A DNA stretch of 64,000 nucleotides, from contig JAQGDQ010000136.1 in the NCBI GenBank assembly GCA_030141605.1, positions 1 through 64,000 of the forward strand, written 5' to 3'. The translations under genes were made by a program, and so were the position numbers. Below the pieces are notes generated by a model. It worked only from the letters and a program-made list of their open reading frames with translations. It ran no database searches and had not been told where the DNA came from. The DNA comes from Tubiluchus corallicola. Lineage: Eukaryota; Animalia; Priapulida. Of the stretch, positions 22,479 to 36,921 are shown piece after piece; the stretch's first letter is position 1, and each line of letters starts with the position of its first letter.

Positions 22479-24794
22479 GTGGAAGAAAAGCGAAGTGGAC
22501 AAAAAAGAAAGACAAATGAGAAGAATAAAATAATGAGAACAAGGACATGGGGAAGGGCACTTAAGACATAAGGAAAGAAAACGGGGAGAGAAAAGACGCC
22601 AAAAGAGACTGATGCAGAAAAATGAAAAGAAATGAGAAATGCAAAAGAAAAAACAGGAAACTGTAAAGTTGCGCTAAAAAGCGAATTCAAGTAATTATCC
22701 TGGAATGGAAGTTAGGACATGCCGCAAATGCTCAGTTTTGTTTTATTATAATTAATTATTAATTATTGAGATAAGAAACCAGTAAAGTGAACCAATTCTA
22801 CAATTGCCCAATCAAAAATGCGTTGACATAAAACAAGTCTTGAATGCCAGCCAAACGACAGCCACGCTGTTAGTTAGATTTTCTCATATTTTTGTACAGA
22901 AACAAGAAAACGTCGCAAACTTGCAGTAGCTCATTGAATCCACGAAACCGTAAACAAAACGTAACAATAACTAAATCAATGAATAATTTCTCCATTTTAA
23001 GTAAACGGCAAACTCAAAGTTCATTGGCATTGTACATTCACTTTGAACTTTTTTTTTGCTTGTCGAATGCATGATTGTTTTTAGAATATATTCACGAATT
23101 CTAGCATTATAATTACATTGGTTCCTAGTTCCATGGTCGGCAGCTTTTTAAACACAAATAACCAAGAGTTTGTTTTAGTGCTGGTAAAACTATGTCAGCT
23201 GTTTTTTCTTAGATCATAGAATCAAAAATCAGTTTTGCCTATTATTCCAGAAATGATTACAAACTAGATTATTGTGATGTTTCGAAAAGTCTCAATGGCC
23301 GTGCAAACTGTTATTGTCAATATTATGATAATCGTCTCTGACAGTCGGCATCGTTATTAGCACAACACCCTCATAATCGTCATCAAACCAAAACTATAAT
23401 AATAATGAATGTTAGTTATTATTACCGCAAGATAGCCGTTAACATGTAGGCTAATTATATTTTTTACGTCTCATTAACTAAAACAACATCATTTTAAGGA
23501 GCACAATATAAACACAAATTCAAATCTCATCGCCGTCAATAATCTGTAATCGACATCAAAGCTAGTAATGAAGTTGTGTCGTATTATTGTTTGCAAGTTT
23601 GTAAGCACATTAGTGAAACTAGTTTCGGCAAAAAAGTCCTATAACTTTTCTCTTGTTCAGCTTATTATGAGATACCAACTACATATGAAGCCAGCAATAT
23701 CAACAGACTGAAATGCAATCTTTACCAAGTAATATTACCCTGAAGTTCAAGCTTCAATTGGGATTTTTATTTTGCGCAGCGATGTTAGTTAGCATACTTG
23801 CACTCAAATAGTATTTTTCGAATGCATGATAATATATATATATATATATATATATATAGACCTGGCAGCAAGTCATTAACAGCAGAGTGCCCGCCCGAGC
23901 AAATCGTTTATATTTCTCACTATAATCATTTTTGCGAGTATTACAGTCATTACCGTAGAGCTAAAAAAGTGATTTCGTCATTACCGCGACACTAGCTGCA
24001 CGGAGTTACAAAAATCGAGAAAATAATCTTTCTCGAGTGCACTCTGATTTCCAGCTTAATTTGAGAAGGCTTGCAATAACCGAGCTATTTCTCATTATAA
24101 CGTGGGCGGGCTCACTTGGTTTAGAAAAGAAATCAACGAATGGCAGCTTATAGATTTCTTCGTTTTTTCGTTTTTTTAGTAAAATATAAACCTATCGTGT
24201 TTAAAAGTCTGCAGCATCTGTAGTGCCATCTGCTAAGATTATTACGAAGCTAATAGTAGCTGGCGTGGTTTTAAGTTTACCGAAACCTTAAAGAACACTT
24301 GCAGAAATACCCCTTCCCTCAAACTAATGCGTAGTCAAAATAGTACTTCGTTTTCTCAAAAATTTCTAACAAAAAAATCTTTCCAGTAACTTTGAGGGGT
24401 AAGTTTCAGAGAATTAGATGTTGCATCTTGAGAGAATAAAATACTGTCTAAGTAAGAAGGTATATCACCCGAAGAAACAAGATACTGTCTCTAAAGAATA
24501 ACATAGCATTCTAGGAAAAATAATAATAAGAGATAATAACATAAGGGCATTCGAGATATTAACATTATTTTAAATGAACATCTTCAGGTACAACTCAATG
24601 TTTTGAGCTTCCTACGCAGGCAAGCTATATCGTGAGGAAATGAGACACTACCTTAAGGAAGTAAAATAGGACGCGTGAAAAAAATGAGAAAATTCCAGAT
24701 TATTTTTATTTGGAGGAGGCATCATTCATTATTAATTTGAGGAATTACGAACGTGAGAAACGATATGATTTTTCCATACGTCTTTTTCCATACG

Positions 24795-25220
24795 AACAAA
24801 ACAAAGCGCAGGAACCATAGAATCCGCTTTGCTTCATTAAACGTCATTCGCGGGTCTAAAGCACACTTCATGATAAGAAATAGACTAGTATGAGTAATCT
24901 TACGCACATTTTTGATGAATAATTTTTACACAAAGATAATCGAATTTGATGAACTCATCACCATCTGCGGTCCACCACTCAAACTTCACAGTGTGGCACA
25001 CCACTTTCTCAATAATGCGCTTCACTTCACTTTTTGTTTTTTTCGTGTTTTTGCTGACTGAATGCGCATCTCAATAAGGATTGGAAAAACGCAGCTATTA
25101 CGATCAGCTCAAGGACTGACGGTTCTGTGTTGAAGGTAGTTCCCTAAAATTTGCCGACGTCTAACAATACAGACAAATTAAGTGTAAGAAAACTGTTGTT
25201 AAGTTTTGCGAAAAGATCCA
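24795..25220 (+). repeat. Dispersed repeat of about 425 bp, copy 1 (partner 27761-28187)
   Basis: AACAAAACAAAGCGCA.GAACCATAGAATCCGCTTTGC...GTTGTTAAGTTTTG is shared, with scattered substitutions and small indels. Confidence 0.93.
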
Positions 25221-27165
25221 CAACTGCACACGATTTTTATGATTTTGCGATGCAGTGATTACTTTTTAGTAATAGTAATAAATAGCATTAATTATTATTA
25301 AAAACAAGCATACACAAAGCGTTGTTATTTTCCTACTGGTTCAAAATTAGTATAACAAAGATCATTGACTGACGTATGACTGCTAAACTTCGTTATACGT
25401 ACCTGTTTTTGCAAAAGCCAACCACTTTGCAAGTACAACTTCCTGACGCTACAAGCTAAGTGTGATGTTCAGCACATGATCCATTTATCCCGTACAATGT
25501 CGTGGTAATAGCTCCTGGAATGAATTGCGTCCTGAAAAAGCAATCTCTTATCGACGTATTTCATTGTGTCAAATTTTACTTCACTCTTTCTCTCTGGTCA
25601 GTTCAGCCAAATTAGTTGCAACTCCGCCTCCCTGGTTATCCTCTAATTAACTGGACAGCGAAGATGCTTTGATTAGTTCATGCTGTCAGAATGACACGAT
25701 TGCTAGAGCAACAGATTAACGCTGGCGTGAGAGATGTTGGTCTCCAATAAGCCACATGGCTTCACTTAAAGCATCGTCCTGCACGCATGCGCAGACGAAA
25801 ACTGGAGAAATGAAAATTATGGCATCGATTTGTCGCGCCAATTGCTTACATTTTTCTCAAATCTTCGTTCGGGCCAACTACATATTTGCTAGTGTAGTAA
25901 TAGATTTTATTGATTGATCGTTCATAAAATACATTAGCATTTGTTCAGACAAATCACTTTCAGTTGAGCTGACACTAAAGTGCTATTAATCATGGTAGAA
26001 AATAAAAAAGTAATTAATCAAGTCGGTACCATTCTCATCTCTCCCTGATATGGTTTCATTTCCTACATTAATTATGTCAATGAGTAATACATACCGCAAA
26101 ACCAATCATTTTGTAAAATATGAGAAAATAACTTTTTTCTGAAGTCAAGTTTGTGATTACATTTTCAATGGGTTGTTAAAATCGTATTTGGTGTAATGCT
26201 ATTGTACAGACGCATCTTTATTCGCACAAGTTTCCTTATAAAAATAATAATCTTTATTTAAAATCGGCTTTTGGATGAACAATTAACATAAGCTCCAAAG
26301 AGCTTTTCATCGACTGTAAATAATTTTACGCGGCCCTCAGAATTACCGTGGCCTTCCGTTTATTATCTAATCCGAACACGCATTCCCGTCTGTCCCATCT
26401 CACTCCTTCCCTTTATCTCTTATGCTGATATCTGCTCTTGTTGTGTTCTCTCTTTTTTCTTTTTCAGTAATATACTGTGTACTTTTTGATTCGCTTTTCA
26501 GCACATTTTATTGGACGCACATTCAGAATATCTGCACCGCCGCTCAGTCTCACCTATGCAGCATCACACCTCTTTGTAAAGTATTTTCATTTTCACCTAT
26601 GACAGGTGACTGTTACTTCTACAATTACTTTTGCTTAATTGCCGTCAGTGACAGAAATGGCCTTGAAGAACTGAGCAATCCGTTATGTGCTGCACAAACG
26701 CTGCGCAGTCATCAGACAACCACCGTTACCTGTTACTGTTACTAACACTCTTACTGGTTTTAACCAATTGCCGCTGGCTGGAGTCACAGGTAAGGCGTTT
26801 TCAATTAGTCTTTAATAAAATTAATGAAATGTATAACAAAAGTGAAAAAGTTTGTTCTAAATGATATTTATATCAATTTCCAAGGACTTATAAAATTTAG
26901 TCTTCGTTACGACTGCATGCAGTTATTCTAATCGTGGATGAAACTTTTTGTTACAAAGGAAACCGATTAGATGTAGATATTATAGAGAAGAAGGTTGGTA
27001 ACTTAGGTAGGAGTAATTAGTAATGTGGTTACAAAAATATTTATGCCTCATCTTAAACAACAAGAACATGAGGCTGCTCATTGTATATGTATAGAATCGG
27101 CCTATTGTATATTGTATTATTATAGTATTTCTTGGTACCAAAGCACTCAAAGAAAGCAGTATAGC

Positions 27166-27322
<157 letters not shown>

Positions 27323-27760
27323 ATTAAACTATCTGAATACGCCATTATGCAAAAATGGTAATAAGATTTTTTTTTACAAAAAATGATATGATCGCAGCTT
27401 TGCTAAAATGAAAACGAGTGGTAGCTTGGCAGTTTATCACGTTTACGGAGTCAAACTTTTATAAAGCAGTGACTACCAATCTGCGATACAAGGAGAGTAC
27501 GCTCTATATTATTTAAAAGCAAATTCTTCTCACCCACTAATTTATCTTTTATGAACCTTAACCTTATTGTTGCTTTGCACACCATTGAATACATTACATA
27601 AGTAGTGTATTCTATTCCTTTACTTCTTGACTTTAATTTTGACCAGCCGCTTAGATTGTTGCTATCCTGCGTTTTATACAATCATTTCCCCCATGAACTT
27701 ACTATGCGTACATGCATATATTATCTTCAGTTTTTATTTGATATTTTGGCCTACAAAATC

Positions 27761-28187
27761 AACAAAACAAAGCGCAAGAACCATAGAATCCGCTTTGCTT
27801 CACTAAACGTAATTCGCGGGTCTAAAGCACACTTCATGACAAGAAATAGACTAGTACGAGTAATCTACGCACATTTTTGATAAATAATTTTTACACAAAG
27901 ATAATCGAATTTGACGAACTCATCACCATCTGCGGTCCATCACTCAAACTTCACAGTGTGGCACACCACTTTCTCAGTAATGCGCTTCACTTCACTTATT
28001 GTTTCTTTCACGTTTTTGCTGACTGAATGCGCATCTTAATAAGGATTGGAAAAACGCAGCTATTACGATCGCTCAAGGACTGACGGTTCTGTGTTGAAGG
28101 TAGTTCCCTAATATTTGCCGACGTCTAACAATACAGACAAATTAATAGTGTAAGAAAACTGTTGTTAAGTTTTGTGAAATGGATACA
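27761..28187 (+). repeat. Dispersed repeat of about 425 bp, copy 2
   Basis: Matches 24795-25220. Confidence 0.93.
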
Positions 28188-29539
28188 CTGGTCTTATATC
28201 AGGGAACACAGGGCTTAGAAATAGACCCAATGTGTATTTATCTGGTCCTTTTATAGAGTATTTTCTAGAATAAAACATGAAAATAACAATAAGATATAAT
28301 ACTGTGCACATTTGCGTCCTACTGGAATGAGCACAATTGGAACAAAAACTATAGCTGTTGGTACAGTAAACTTGTTTACCAAAATAAGGTGAATAGCTAA
28401 TAATTTATAGATCATAGGTCATATAGTTTAAGGCCAATAACCAAACAATTATTTATGTGCAGTAGCCTACAATGGTTTATTGTTTTTCTAGGCTGACTCT
28501 GGTCCAAATCTTAAACATGTCAATGCAGTAGAATTAATCCTCGAATGACCCAAAACATTCGATAATGGTTGACCATTTACTAGTTTTGTTTGAAAACTGT
28601 TTGTTTGACTTGAAAGTTAAAATCAAATAGCTAAGAAAAGTTAAACTGTCATAACTTGCTAGCCTAATAAGCCTACATACCAATTTAATTTAACTAAAAT
28701 GTCTGCAAACTGTGTTTTCGATTTTTTAGCATTTACTTGTTAGTGTTTTTTTGTTAGAACGTTAGTTGGTTAATTGGGTAATTGAACAGTTGGTTAGTCG
28801 ACCGCTCAGTCAGCCAGTCAGTCAATCTCCTAATCGCGTAACAGTAAACCGCGTAGGTTTTTTTACGTAATATAAGGACAATTAAGCTATCAAATCAACT
28901 GTTTCTGTTCTCTTTGCACCAGCGAAAGTACAAATCTACCGGTACCGTTTCTCACGTGAGAGTGAGACAAAAGAACTGGCGAATGTCAAATGAAAATATA
29001 AAGATTTTACCTTGTAGCCTAAAGGTTCAATGTTGTAAGATAATCTTGCATACAAAACAGAGTAGTTTTGTAGGAAACTCTCTATGTTTATAATACGCTC
29101 GCAACTTCTGTACAGTTAATGAGTTTTGACAAGAAAAAGTTGCGTTTTTAAGCGATAGTAATCACGAAGTTTCAAATTTAAATAATCAGCAACTTTATAC
29201 CTCCATGTGCTACTAGGTTCTCTATAGTCTGTCACTGTGAGCGCTCCACCCTTTGACCCATCTTTCATTGAAAATGGTAATTACCCATTAATTATGCTGA
29301 ACGTGGTAAACTAATTTACCACAAAATCCGATCTAGATGAAATCGAAAACGTAAACAATAAACTTTTTTTATTAAAAACAACTTTCGCTTAAGCGGTCCT
29401 GTTTAATCCGTTTAATCAACATTGAACAATGCCCGCCTATTGTTCAAATGTAATTTTAAAATTGGACGAATAAATAGAATAACTAGTGTGCGTTTTTAAA
29501 GTCGGTATAGCCAAAAAAGAAGCTTAGTTAGCTTTTTCC

Positions 29540-29823
<284 letters not shown>

Positions 29824-30653
29824 CTTGGAATAACGCCAACTCCTATAATTATATTTCACTTTTTCCACTCGATAAAACACTGGAAGAACTGGCTGAAAAA
29901 TTACAGCTCGTGTCCACTATTAGCTACGTGTATGACTGCGTGAATACCCGAAATTGCATGTCACTAATTATTGCACGCACAAGGATACAGGCATAATCGC
30001 CGCATTCTTGAAAACACGGACGATGCGATGTAGGTAAATACCTGTGACCCAATTTATGTCATTTTACTCAATTAGCAGGTATCTCTCAGCCTGATTGCTA
30101 TTAGTTTGTTGGGCTGGTTAGAAAGCGAAGGTTTGTGGATATCAATAGTTGTGCTCTGAAAACTTCACTTCAAAATACTACTACAGGTGCCGAACTGATT
30201 AAAATGATAGACATTGTGAAAGCAAATATTTTCGAGCTAATTAGTGAATGCTTTGATTAAAACGATGTTTCAATATTACGTAATTTGCATGAGAAAGTGC
30301 CTAGTGTAGTGAAAATTTTAATTAATTGGTGTTCAAGTTGTGTAGCAACTCAGAGTGTTGGAAATACAGAGCTCATAGTCAAAAGTCTATAGGAGAATAG
30401 CACTGTCAAAAAAGAATCGAATTGCGATACTACGCCGTTTCTCGTGACAAATTTAATTATATTAATCAGAAAAATGGTAACGATCTCGAAATTGTCTTGT
30501 CCTTGACACTCCAAATATTGTATTCTGGTGATTAAGAAGCTTAACACATGAAACACTGCAAGCAATGATACCTTCTTTCACCATTTGAAAAGTAAACCGC
30601 ACGGGCTATTCTTGGTTCTTTTATAAGTCGTTTTATTATTTTTTTTCCAGAAA

Positions 30654-33600
30654 ATGAGGTTCTTGATACTGCTGAGCATTGTGGGATGGGCGTCCTGCGC
30701 ACCATTTCAGCCGTCTTATTCCGGCCGACAAATAATACGCAGCAACTACAATCCATTTACAAATTCGCCGCCATCTTTTCCAGTAGCAACATACCAAGCA
30801 GGATTTGGTCTACCCGTCAATGATCCTAGTCCACAACAGAGCAGAGGAATCTACGCTCAACCTCAGCAAACCTACAGCGGTTATCAGCCAGACTACATGT
30901 TCCGCTCAGTCCAAGCCCAAAGACCATTGCTTCCACTCCATTCCCAAAAACCAGTCATCTCTGTGTTATCCCAGAAGCCAGTGCAGCCTGTCCAGACGCG
31001 ACCAATTCAGTCATCATCGTACCAACCATATCAAAACCAAGATCAACAAGTGTATGAGGTGAATGCTCAAGTCGCTGCTCGGTCACCACTGCCAGACACG
31101 AAGTCCGTTGGAGAACCGCAACCGGCCACGTTGCATGGAGTTCAGCCATTCGGAAGGACCTTCCAGGCTAGTTATCCAACTGGACAGTCTAGCGGAGGGT
31201 ACACAAAAGCACCACAAGGATACTTCACTACTGACAGTTATAAGTTTGGAAAACCTGGAAAAATAGAAGGTAGTGGTCATAGGGTGGAAAGTGTGAGCAT
31301 CGAAAACCAAGGACGGGTGGAGAAATCCGTCTTGAAAGGTGACAGAGCTGATTTGAGTGAAAGAAAATTCAAAGCTAGTGGTTATCATGTTAAACTTAGG
31401 TAAGATTATATAAACATGTTTATGTAAAATTTATTTAACTATAATATTATAATTTTTGTTGTTGTGTGCCAATGAAAACGATTTTCTATACGTGATAACT
31501 GGGACCGCTGGTATCTTTGAGTTGAAGCTAAGAATATAATTTTATTCTTACTGATAATATATGTAGTGATTCCACAGTATAATTGTATCCTATAATCCTA
31601 TAATTTTACTTATTCCCTGAAGTTTGCCACCTGGTATATTGTATCTTACACAAGATAGTGGAGGTCCTACCGTTCTACACAAGGGAAATTGAAGGTTGAT
31701 ACATTTCTTGTGTGGATGCTAAAATTTAATAAAATACATTATATCTCTTTACTTAGTATAAAATTACCCATGGCAGGGAGCAGTGTGATACCATATTTTG
31801 ATACATTCAATTTTTCGTGTACTTTTGTCAGAATATTTTTATTTGATGATTTATTGCCCTTTTATAGTGACCCAGAAACCAGTCTCCATCTGTAGTATTG
31901 TGAGTAGTCTGGTCATTTTCTAGGACAGACGTAGTTACTAGAACGTCGGTAATTAGAAATGAGTCAAATAAAATGACAGAACAAATTTTACCAGCCTGTT
32001 AAAACTCGGTGAGTTAACATCGCGGCTATTTGACAGGTGAGCTGAGAAATTTAGAAGGATGTGATGGAATGAATTTAAGATAAGATAATATATAGCTGAT
32101 CTATTATTAATCACTTATTAATTAAAATGATGTCAATGCTGTGTATTAAGTGGTCCAAAAGACACCCTTGAATTGCTGAGGCCAAGCAGGAAAACAGGAG
32201 TTAAAACTCACAACGGATAACTTAATTTCGTGCTATACTGTGACGAAGAGCACAGTAAGGTAAGTACACTAAGTAGTGCGACTGCAAAAAAGTGATTTTT
32301 GACACTTAAGCACTGTACATAATCAATGTTAATATACGTTGACACCTGGAGTTGTAAATGTTTTTGAAACTGCATCGTTCATGGTATACAATTTTTACGA
32401 TTTTATAAAATTCCTGTTTGCTGAGCCCTTACAGTGACACATTCGCGACACATTCTGGCAGTAATGCGCTGAAGCCCGTGGCGTTACCATAACAAACTTG
32501 CAGTGACGGAAAAACTAACCGGAAGGACGTACAGGCAGATAATGATAATGAAGCTATCATAAAATACAAATGGAACCTCTCAAAATTGTAAACGTTTTTA
32601 CCATGCAAAGTTATCGTTACAAGGTTAACAGTGCATGTTTGACATTTTTCAATGTATTCCGTGTCCGCATACTTTCCAGTAAACTCAGCACTTACTCTCT
32701 CGGTGCTCATGATTTACTATCCGCAGCATTGAAAAGCCTACCCAAAACTTCAGTAGCCATAATCTCAGCACCTACAGCAAGGAATATCACAGTATTTTGG
32801 TTTAATTATTTACCAGTGTTTGAGTGTTCGACGAATAATGTTCCTAGGCCACGGCCCATATGTATCACGGAAAGCCTGTTGGTGCAGGATTTGTCACAAA
32901 ATGCGCCATAAGTAGCATTTTTACGCGAAGTCTTTGATATACAACTGGAGATGCTGATTAATATCACTTTTACAACAGTAATTAACATGTACTTGATATG
33001 AAATCATTGCTTACTTTTCAGATATATACGTTGAGCTAACTTTATTTTTGCAACCACTTTAGATCATTCTCATCAGAAAATGTATATTACACGCAGTGGC
33101 TATTACATTCTGTTTTCTCGTCCATTTTCGACACTTGTCTTGAGATTAAGTAATTTCAACTTTAAGAGTAAGTACGTATTCTTAATAGATTTACAATGAT
33201 TGGATAGACCAAAAAATGAACCAACAAAAATGAATGATTTTGCCTCAGATTCGAATTGGGAAGACAAAGAGAATAGTGCAGAGAGCTGCTCATAATTGTA
33301 TTTTTCGCCAGGAGCCAGGACACAAAACCAAATATATGAAAACTTTCAAGCATGTTCATGCGATAAAAGAACGGATCTCCACGCATTATTCCAGTTTTTG
33401 TTTGCTGTTTTGAGAGAAGAAGATAGCTAAGTGGTGATAGTGTGCGTGCTTAGCGATCCCGAAAGTTAACCAACGCAGCACCTGGATAGTAAATGGAGAG
33501 TAAACAATCAGCAAGACTGCTTCAAAGCGGTTCACCTTTATAGCTTCTGGTTGTTTATTTCGTTGAGAGAGAATGTACACATATATGAACGTGACTAAAA

Positions 33601-34767
33601 CACATTTGCCTGCACAGCATTAAATCTTGAAAATTATCTTTGATACAATGAAGGTTTCAGTCGTACCACAAGTGCACAACCATTACCATATTCAGTGAGT
33701 GTTGACTACAGGCTGGCAGTACCTCGAACTGCATAAAAGAACCGCTGGAGTGCATTCTTAGTCTCTTTTATCTGCTTCTCTGCTGAACAGTGTATAAGGC
33801 AATAACGGTCTTTTAGCACCAAACCAAAGCAAATTATTATTAAATCAAATGAGCGTTTTTCGAAACATTGGTATTTAACAGGACAACAGTAGAGATGCGC
33901 ATTTACATGCTGCAAAATTAAAAGATTAAGTTAAATTGCCACAACAAAAGACTTTCAGGGCGATTCCGAGTTTATATATAACTACCGATAAGGCGGATAA
34001 ACACACCGAAAAAGATACTCCAGAGTCCAGATATTATACAGAGCCAAGTCCAAGAGAGCTCATAAATATGTATTAGTCTGGGTAGCCGATAAATTTGAAA
34101 TTCTAAACATTGACAGATCCGATCACTACTCTAGCGCAGCTCTTAACGTAATCCTAGCACAATTTTTATTGCAACAACGAAGGTTTTGGGGTTGCTGATC
34201 CATGGGGATTAAATAAATTTAGGAGCTACGTAACCGGTAGATTGACAGACTAGATTAAATTTTGGGAAGCCGTGGCTTAAATCAAGGGTTTGTTGTAGTT
34301 TTTTAAATATTGGTTCTTTCGATTTAACTTAGTTTCGCTTCTGGCCATTTTAGTAACTTTTCCGTGCCTGTAATTCCATAAATTAGTTTTACTCTGTTCT
34401 GTACAAAACGTGCTTCTAAACCACTCCCTGCACACAGTAACCTCTCTAATAACCGAAACGCCAATACCCGTGAATTCTGTCATTTATATAATACATGTAT
34501 AGAATAATTAACGAAAAGTTATTAACTAATCTGATGTTCTGTTGCAGTTCCGGTAAAGAATATCTGGTGCCGGCGCCTTACATTGATGAAGAGATTTTCA
34601 GACCTTATAAGGGTCCCATAGGCCAAGAGTACACTTACAGGTTCGGCGGTGACGACCATGAGCCCAATGTCTACGTTGGACCAGCTAAATCTTTAGGACG
34701 TTACACAGCCATTCAGCCAGCATCTCAGCCGCGTGCTTACAGCCAACCAAATCGAAGTTACGCATAA
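30654..34767 (+). CDS. Secreted Gln/Pro/Ser/Tyr-rich protein of unknown family, about 321 aa; coding exons 30654-31399 and 34548-34767
   Basis: Acceptor TTTTTTTCCAG ends at 30650, then AAAATG. Signal peptide MRFLILLSIVGWASCA. The phase-2 donor AG|GTAAGA at 31399 joins in frame to acceptor TTCTGTTGCAG|T at 34548, giving ..KLSSGKEYLVPAPYIDEEIFRPY..NRSYA*. AATAAA at 34985. An extra internal exon cannot be excluded. Confidence 0.8.
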
Positions 34768-36921
34768 AAGCCGCAAATGGGCTAAGCCGCTAAGCTCAGC
34801 TGCCTAGAGAGTATTTTCATTGAAAAGCAACCGTCAACTATGTTTATGCTGCCACCTGTCGGATGGAAACAATTATGTGATTAGATTTATTACTTTACTC
34901 TTTTTCCTCCTAAATGCAATTAGAATACAATCGCTAAAGATTTTTAGCACGCCGACTTTTATTTTCCCGTTCACCCAAATTTTCAATAAAATATTCAAGA
35001 TTTCATTCACAAATGTTGTTGCTACCTGCAGTTGAAAAGAAAAAATCGCCAGCTTCGCAAACGAGAAACTCAAATATTTCACTGATTAACAATTCTAATT
35101 TCTAATTTGTAACCCTTCATATAGCAAAATGCTTTAATATTGACAAAACCATTATAGATTTTAGATTTCATTTCAACCTCACGCAGCAAAAAAGAAATTG
35201 TTGGCCCAAAAAGATTCTATCATAAGTGCTATAGTGTACTGTCTCAAATGTTATTACTTGTTATACATGTAACCCGTTAATCTAAGAAGATCATGTAAAC
35301 GTTTTACAAAAAATATCATAATTACGTTTTTTAAACTTTGTGAAACTTTAATAGCTGCAAATATGTTAAATTTGTGCAGGCTTTAATCTCATAAGCCTTC
35401 TATGTCCTCTGTCGTATTCGTCAAATTATAAACTAAATTTAGCTTTTTTACCAGATTTAGCACCATATTAAACCGCCGACAGTTTGCCTCAAAACACTCA
35501 AACTAAATTAAATTAAACGCATTAGCATTGCGAGTTTACTGTGCTGTACAGAGATGCGAATTATGAAGCCAAAACTAAAACGAAATTGAGTAAACTGTTT
35601 GCTGCCAAAAATCCAGAACGACAGCCTTTCATACTAGGACAGGGTTCGTTTACCTATACATTGTAGTACAATAATAGAAATTTAGTTTATGTCATCGTTA
35701 AGATTGGCTAGTAGATTAGTTCATTTGCAATTTTTGTACATTTATGTAAAAAGAAATGTTTACTGTACTATTTCTTATTAAACTTTCGAGTTGCTTTTCT
35801 ATTGCATTTCATTTTTTGAATATGGAAATTGTACGCCATTGCTGAAAAGGTTAAAAAGTTTGCAAAGCAAACTGTAATTGTGCAGGCTTATTAATAACTA
35901 GCTGTCTCAGAAAATATATTGCCAAAGCAATTATACAGACCTGCAAACTCATGCTCTGGTCTTTAAATTGGCCTGATAAAACCTTGAACTGCAAACGTCG
36001 TTCTCCCATCCTGGAACAGCGGTGGACTGATGGCGCCAACTTCTTGTTGCTGCCGGTGCCATTGTTACTGTCACTGCCATTGTTATGTTTGTCAATCCTG
36101 CAAATAAAATTACGTCTTGCCGCCTGGCTGTTGTTCACTGTAGCTGTTTATTAATAAAAATATCACAAAAGAAGAAAGTCAACAAATTCTTAATAGCAGG
36201 AGTAATATACAAAAATATCCAATATCACAGGAGATTTTATTAAACACTTTGTTTCGACTACAGATACATTTTTATTGTGGAATATTAAGTAATAACTAAT
36301 AATTTTGTATCAATCGCATAACGTTGCTACTGGGGCTATTATATAAACTTGTAATATAAATATCTAGATCTAATGCCATAATTACTTGTGTCCAAAAACA
36401 ATAATAACGGATTAATGATGTTTAAAAATAATATCAAGTAGGCTACAGTGATTATGATTACAGTAGGCTATGATGTAATTGCGTGTAATTATGATTAGTT
36501 TAGCATGCGTTCTTTGCCGCTTGTCGGCGCCACGATATTACTGTTGCTAACTCTGAAATTCCGTATAAAAAACCGAAAAAACAATTCACAGTTCTCTCCA
36601 AATACGAAAGTTTTAGTTGAATATGTCTGAAAAACTTGCAAATACAGAAAGCCCGGAATATGGAAACACGACCGTGGCTATAACCAACCCTGGTACAATG
36701 CTATCATATTCTGTTATAAAAATCATTGCTAGGCTAAATAACGTAAGAAAGTGGCGCCGCCAAACCGTAGTGTTAGTGAACTGAACTAATATAAATACTG
36801 TACGCTGGCCGTAATTTCTGTTACCAGCAACACAATCCATCCAGCAGATTCATTAGTGAATCGACAGTTCTGAAATTATTGACTCTTCCTCGAGCTTGGT
36901 GCAGTGCCCCAGTTGTCGGCC

